Assembly (NCBI GenBank): GCA_029856145.1
Contig: JAHQWK010000002.1
Span: forward strand, 64,001-128,000
Source of the DNA: Promethearchaeia archaeon
GTDB taxonomy: Archaea; Asgardarchaeota; Lokiarchaeia; Sigyniarchaeales; SOKP01
DNA: 64,000 bases
Reading direction: 5' to 3'
Shown here in pieces: positions 59,113 to 64,000 of this stretch. Position 1 is the first letter of the stretch. Each line of letters starts with the position of its first letter. A program made the translations under genes and the position numbers. Below the pieces are notes generated by a model. That model saw only the letters and a list, made by a program, of their open reading frames with translations, ran no database searches and was not told where the DNA came from.

Positions 59113-60708
59113 TTACTCTATTTTACTTAATTTTCTTAACCCAAAAAATAAAAGCGGAACTGCACTTGCTATAGAGATTAACAAAAAAGGCATAAAAAAG
59201 TGGAATTTTGCTAAAATTGGAGAAGATGGAATAGGAAATGCTATAATTATAAATAAGAGTAGAAATTGAAAGGGTACTATTTGAAGTACCATTAAAAAAA
59301 GGTTATTTGATGTCATAGCACTGCCTTTTTCCTCAAAAGCAGGGCTTAAACATTGGATTCCAACGGCTTGAAAAATCACCACTTCACTGTTTATTAAATA
59401 AAAACTAAAGAAAAATAAAATTGTAAAAAGATCAAATTTTAGAACGATAGTAAAGAAAATTGTAAGCCCTAGTGACATTAATACATTAAATATTAACATT
59501 GCTAAGAGGTATGAATAAACTAAAGCATGAGTATTTCGAGGACTTCTTTTATATACCCAAATTAAATCCTTGGTCCCTACAAATATATAGCTTCCAAAAA
59601 GTAAGCCATAAAATATTCCACCTATAATGATAATCATCGTAATTAGTATTGATTGAATAATTAAATCATTAAAACCTAGAGTTGAGAATATTACACCTAA
59701 GACTCCTACTAATCCTATTAGATACACAAACTTCATTATACTTTCTCTTCTTCTTAAAAACTCTTTTAATTGAGTAAGCATCAATCCTTCCCATTTATGT
59801 CCAATTAATCTCCTTGTTAATAGATAGAATTTGTTCTCACGTTCAATTACTATAGAAGTTCTTTCTATACCTCCCTCTACTGTGAAAAAACTATCTGCTT
59901 TTTTATAAGCTATTAAAAGAATTATAAGAGGAATAACTATTACTAGCGCAATACTAAACCAAATGTTTAAAAAATAACTACTTATCAAGCTCGGGTCAAT
60001 AAAATATAAAATTATATTAGTAAACCATAAAGAAGGATAGAGCATTAACCAATTCTTTAATTGTGGATTTGTCATTAGATATTCAAATAAAAATTGTAGT
60101 GTATATATTATTGCGACCATCGCTATAGATAGAAGAAATAACAAAATCCTACCCCAATCTTTTGCTCGATCACTTTTAGCAATTTTATGCTCCAACCAAG
60201 CAGCAACAATAGAACCTACTAAAGTTGCAAATAACACTAATCCAAAAATGCATAAATAAATAATTAAGTTTTGAATAAGACTCAAATTGATTATAGGGTT
60301 GAGCATTCCCGTTATTATTGGAGTAAATAGTAAAACACCTCCTACATAAATTGGTAACTTCCCTATAAATTCTCCTAAGAAAATGTCTCCTGTAGTAGCA
60401 GGTGACGCTAAGATAATTTCTTTAAAACCTATCTCAACCCTCCTATAAATACTGTTTATAGGATAAATAACAATTGTTAAAAAAAAAGCCATCAGTAGAT
60501 ATTCAATAATTAAGGCAACTGCTAAATTAATTTGTGGAATAGCTGCTATGAATGTAGGCATAATCAAATCAAAAAGCATTGGAGCTAAAAAGAAAGCCCA
60601 GATGATGAGAAATGAATACAAGAAAAAAAAAAATAAAACTCGGTGGTTTCGAAATTTGTTTGTTCTAAGCCTAATTTCGTTTTTAGCTATTGTTTTCCAA
60701 AGAGTCAT
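59113..60708 (-). CDS. ABC exporter permease (about 12 TM)
   Basis: Highly hydrophobic; directly downstream of an ABC ATPase. Confidence 0.8.
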   Translation of the reverse strand: MTLWKTIAKNEIRLRTNKFRNHRVLFFFFLYSFLIIWAFFLAPMLFDLIMPTFIAAIPQINLAVALIIEYLLMAFFLTIVIYPINSIYRRVEIGFKEIILASPATTGDIFLGEFIGKLPIYVGGVLLFTPIITGMLNPIINLSLIQNLIIYLCIFGLVLFATLVGSIVAAWLEHKIAKSDRAKDWGRILLFLLSIAMVAIIYTLQFLFEYLMTNPQLKNWLMLYPSLWFTNIILYFIDPSLISSYFLNIWFSIALVIVIPLIILLIAYKKADSFFTVEGGIERTSIVIERENKFYLLTRRLIGHKWEGLMLTQLKEFLRRRESIMKFVYLIGLVGVLGVIFSTLGFNDLIIQSILITMIIIIGGIFYGLLFGSYIFVGTKDLIWVYKRSPRNTHALVYSYLLAMLIFNVLMSLGLTIFFTIVLKFDLFTILFFFSFYLINSEVVIFQAVGIQCLSPAFEEKGSAMTSNNLFLMVLQIVPFQFLLLFIIIAFPIPSSPILAKFHFFMPFLLISIASAVPLLFFGLRKLSKIE

Positions 60709-60715
60709 TAGAATT

Positions 60716-61546
60716 TCAGTTTTTTTCTTTTCTCTTTTTTTTCCTTTTTTTTTCTTTTTCTGTATTATTTGGTCCTTCTTCTCTCCATGCTAATAGATCT
60801 TCAATTTTAGAAACGCCCATTATTTTTAAATATGCTTCCTCCAAATCCTTTGCTCCGACAGAATCAATAATCTCTTTAGGAGTTCCTTCAAGTTTTAATT
60901 CACCTTTATCAATAATTCCGATTAAGTCGCATAATTCTTCCGCAGCATCAAGAAGATGAGTGCAAATAAAAATGGTCTTTTCAGCTTTCTTAGCTAGTTC
61001 AGATATTAAATCTTTTACTATTCTAGCAGCAGCGGGATCCAAGTTGGAGGTAGGTTCATCTAAAAATATTATTTTAGGATCTTGTATGAGGGCGGCACAT
61101 AAACACACTTTTTGTTTCATACCTCTCGAATAACCTTCTAAAAGATCATTTTCACGCCCTTCTAAATTAAATAGCTCTAATAATTCATCTATTCGTGATG
61201 ATATTACTCCTTTAGGTAAATAATATAATTCACCTATAAATTCTAAAAATTCTTTAGCTGTTAATTTTTGATATAAGCCAGGTGATTCTGGTAAAAAGCC
61301 ACAATTTATCTTAACTTGTTTACTTTGAGAAATAATATCATACCCTACAACCTCCGCAGTTCCAGAAGTAGGAGAGATTATTGCGTTTAACATTCTTACT
61401 GTTGTGGTTTTACCAGCTCCATTTGGGCCTAATAATCCATATGTAATTCCATAAGGTATGTTTAAGTCTAAATTATTAACAGCTATAATCTTACCAAATT
61501 TCTTGGTAAGACTCTTGGATTTAATTGCGTAATTATCAGAAATTAT
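60716..61546 (-). CDS. ABC transporter ATP-binding protein (probable ATA/ATT start)
   Basis: Walker A GPNGAGKT lies in frame upstream of the track's ATG 61393; YSRGM signature; DEP. Confidence 0.88.
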   Translation of the reverse strand: MISDNYAIKSKSLTKKFGKIIAVNNLDLNIPYGITYGLLGPNGAGKTTTVRMLNAIISPTSGTAEVVGYDIISQSKQVKINCGFLPESPGLYQKLTAKEFLEFIGELYYLPKGVISSRIDELLELFNLEGRENDLLEGYSRGMKQKVCLCAALIQDPKIIFLDEPTSNLDPAAARIVKDLISELAKKAEKTIFICTHLLDAAEELCDLIGIIDKGELKLEGTPKEIIDSVGAKDLEEAYLKIMGVSKIEDLLAWREEGPNNTEKEKKRKKKRKEKN

Positions 61547-61719
61547 GGTTCACATCAGTTATTTTTTTTTCTTTAATTTTCTTAATCAATTAAATTTTAC
61601 TTTATTAAAAATTAATCATCATCATATTAAATCTAAAACCCAATGATTGCGATTCATAATTTCTTCCATTCTTTGTGAGAATAAAACTTTATAACCCCTA
61701 AACCTTATTCATAATTACC

Positions 61720-62688
61720 TTGGATAGGAACATTAAGAAAGGTTTGCTAACAGGTTCTATAGGGATCATTTTTGTAGGGCTGCAACCAATAGTCGCTCTT
61801 TTAAAGCCAGATGCTATTGGTCCATATCTCTCAGGAGCTATGACTTGTTTAGTTGAAACTATGATTTTTTTTCCAATAATGTTATTTGAATTTAAATTCA
61901 TGAATTCACGCACAAGAAAAATGAATAACCAAGAAAATCAAAAGAATAGATCGCATTTTTTAAAAGGTTGGAAAAAAAATATTTGGTTATTAACTTTTAT
62001 TGGTTTACTATTTGCACTTAATCAAGTATTATATTTTGTTGGGTACTATTTTTCTAGAGCAATAATTGGTTCTTTAACTCAAAAAACTACTGTTTTCTTT
62101 GGGATAATTTTAGGATATCTTATTTTAAAAGAAAGAGTTACAAAACTACAAATTATTTTTTCAATTGTATTGTTTTTTGGATTGGCAATAAGTATTACTC
62201 AATTTTTTACTTTACTTAATATCGATAACACCATTTTGATTGGAGTAGGAATATTATTATTAATTACTTTTTTATGGATGGTAGGTCATACTCTAACTAA
62301 ACCTATATTTAGTAGAAATGAAGCTACACCAATACAAATGGTATTTATTAGAAATATCATATCTAGTGTGACCCTAATATCAACTTACTTGATTTTCTTT
62401 ACTCCAAATTTAAATCTTTTTATTGAACCCGCTAACTTATTGTTTTTTTTAGCAATGGGAGCTGTTTATGGGGCTGGATTAATATGTTGGTATTTAACAC
62501 TATCTTACTTAGATGTATCAAAAGCTACTATCATATTTGCTCCAACTCCAATATCTTCGGCAATATTTGCAACAATTATTCTGGGAGAAAATTTAACAAT
62601 TTTTCATTTATTAGGTACAGCCCTTATAATACTTTCAATTGTAATAATTATGACCCAAAAAGATAATAACAAAATTTTAGATATTTGA
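61720..62688 (+). CDS. DMT/EamA family transporter
   Basis: About 10 TM; LILKE and IILGE..T..HLLG motifs. Confidence 0.88.
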   Translation: MDRNIKKGLLTGSIGIIFVGLQPIVALLKPDAIGPYLSGAMTCLVETMIFFPIMLFEFKFMNSRTRKMNNQENQKNRSHFLKGWKKNIWLLTFIGLLFALNQVLYFVGYYFSRAIIGSLTQKTTVFFGIILGYLILKERVTKLQIIFSIVLFFGLAISITQFFTLLNIDNTILIGVGILLLITFLWMVGHTLTKPIFSRNEATPIQMVFIRNIISSVTLISTYLIFFTPNLNLFIEPANLLFFLAMGAVYGAGLICWYLTLSYLDVSKATIIFAPTPISSAIFATIILGENLTIFHLLGTALIILSIVIIMTQKDNNKILDI

Positions 62689-62869
62689 TTGAGAGAGATT
62701 GATATATATATCTATATATATTGTAATACTATGAACATTTCATCGAATCAAGTTATTTCACTTAATTACGCAATTATTCAAAACATTTAAATATAGTATT
62801 ATATGAAAATATATAAAGAAATATATGATTTTTTTAATAAGATTTATGTTAAACAACCAATTTTACTGA

Positions 62870-63676
62870 TTGAAAATGTCTAATCATGAAATAATTATAG
62901 TTAAAGATTTAAAGAAATTTTTTGGCGAAGTTAAAGCTGTAAATGGTATTTCTTTTAATGTTCAACAAGGTGAAGTTTTTGGACTTCTAGGACCTAATGG
63001 AGCAGGAAAAACCACCACAATAAAGCTTCTATTAGGTCTCCTTGAGCCGAATGAAGGAGAAATGAGTGTTTTTGGAATGAATCCAGAAAGGGAGGAAGTT
63101 GAAATAAAGCGTCGTATAGGATACGTAAGTGAAGAACCTTTAATATTCAAGTCACTAACACCAAAAGATTTATTTAATTTCATAGCATCTATCCGTAATT
63201 TAGATGAGACACGCACTACTGAGCTTGCTAGAGAATATATGGAGAGTCTGGAAGCAATTGAATACTATGATCAATTAATCGCTACTTTATCCCATGGTAA
63301 TAAGCAAAAATTGCAAATTATTGCCGCAATACTCCATGAACCAGATTTACTCATTTTAGATGAGCCAATTGCGGGTCTTGATGCCAAATCTGTAAGAGTT
63401 GTTAAATCCATATTAGAATTACATACTCAGAGAGGTGGTTCAGTCCTTTTTTCAACACATATAATGGAGATTGCTCAAGAGTTATGTGATCGAATAGGTA
63501 TCATACATAAAGGAAAAATTGTTGGAATAGGGACATTAGATGAACTCCGTCAGCAAGCTGATAAAGTGGGAGCAACTTTAGAGGATGTATTCTTACGATT
63601 AACAGAACAAGACACTTCCGTTAATGAGATCGTTAAGAAATTACGAAAATCTTTTAAAATGAGAAATTATCAGTGA
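62870..63676 (+). CDS. ABC transporter ATP-binding protein
   Basis: GPNGAGKT, LSHGNKQ, LDEP, STH. Confidence 0.93.
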   Translation: MKMSNHEIIIVKDLKKFFGEVKAVNGISFNVQQGEVFGLLGPNGAGKTTTIKLLLGLLEPNEGEMSVFGMNPEREEVEIKRRIGYVSEEPLIFKSLTPKDLFNFIASIRNLDETRTTELAREYMESLEAIEYYDQLIATLSHGNKQKLQIIAAILHEPDLLILDEPIAGLDAKSVRVVKSILELHTQRGGSVLFSTHIMEIAQELCDRIGIIHKGKIVGIGTLDELRQQADKVGATLEDVFLRLTEQDTSVNEIVKKLRKSFKMRNYQ

Positions 63677-63683
63677 TTTGAAG

Positions 63684-64000
63684 ATGGAAGAAGAAAAGCT
63701 AAAATATTACAAGCTTGCACGATACCCAGTTCATGAAGTTTTAATGGAAGGACAGATTGCTAGTGCTGGTGCTCATCAAGCAAAATTGCTTGAAAAGTTT
63801 AAAAAGAATAAAAAGTATATTAAGCATCAACATTTAGCCCTCAAATTCGTGTTTGGGTTTCTATTTATAGTCTTACCTATATTTCCTTTAATAATTTTTT
63901 TACAAAGTGCAGATTATATTAATCAGGGAACGCATACAATCAGTACGATTTTTTTTGTCTCTTCGCTCTCTCTAACGATTTTTTTTGGGATGACAATACT
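63684..64000 (+). CDS. Probable ABC permease, 3'-partial
   Basis: ATG 63684 (MEEEKLKYYKLARYP...) is open to the window end and includes hydrophobic helices. Confidence 0.65.
   Translation, partial: MEEEKLKYYKLARYPVHEVLMEGQIASAGAHQAKLLEKFKKNKKYIKHQHLALKFVFGFLFIVLPIFPLIIFLQSADYINQGTHTISTIFFVSSLSLTIFFGMTI

Noticed and set aside
60716-60770. Poly-T tract as a phase-variation site
   Set aside because: It encodes the Lys-rich C-terminal tail of the ABC ATPase on the minus strand.
61550-61555. ATG-TGA as a Sec readthrough start of the ABC ATPase
   Set aside because: The position is not a conserved Cys and no SECIS is evident; it more likely forms part of the SD-like sequence.

Overview
Very AT-rich archaeal DNA, most likely Asgard (Lokiarchaeia-like). 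This rests on gelsolin-, longin- and roadblock-domain proteins, an MglA-type GTPase, many LRR/TPR proteins, archaeal ligase/XPD/RPA and selenoprotein HdrA/VhuD; the taxonomy is inference. Core-like blocks at 1-16 kb and 40.5-64 kb carry a form IV RuBisCO-like protein, hisC, lig, AMP phosphorylase, pyrF, ALDH, hisS, a corrinoid/Hcy/MttB methyltransferase trio and ABC exporters. Between them lies a ~24 kb accessory region (about 16.1-40.4 kb) bounded by broken genes. Best candidate for an undescribed system: a backbone of genes in that region shares an unusual promoter, A-T5-7-(C/G)-TTTA(A/T)A(T/A)A, with a T-run where the purine-rich BRE should be. These genes include two divergent TFB-like cyclin-fold proteins, RPA, XPD, an ATP-cone protein, small Zn-finger proteins and an MglB-MglA-HEPN operon. 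The motif also predicts small genes missed by the ORF track. Second highlight: the fragmented hdrA and vhuD ORFs are intact selenoprotein genes with four in-frame UGA codons at conserved Cys positions and a candidate 3' SECIS. Smaller scars: a duplicated hisS 5' end flanking a DUF285 repeat gene, a repeat-flanked bacterial-like DUF4256 insert with an attC-like palindrome, and a decayed tnpB. All family calls are by motif recognition; no searches were run.
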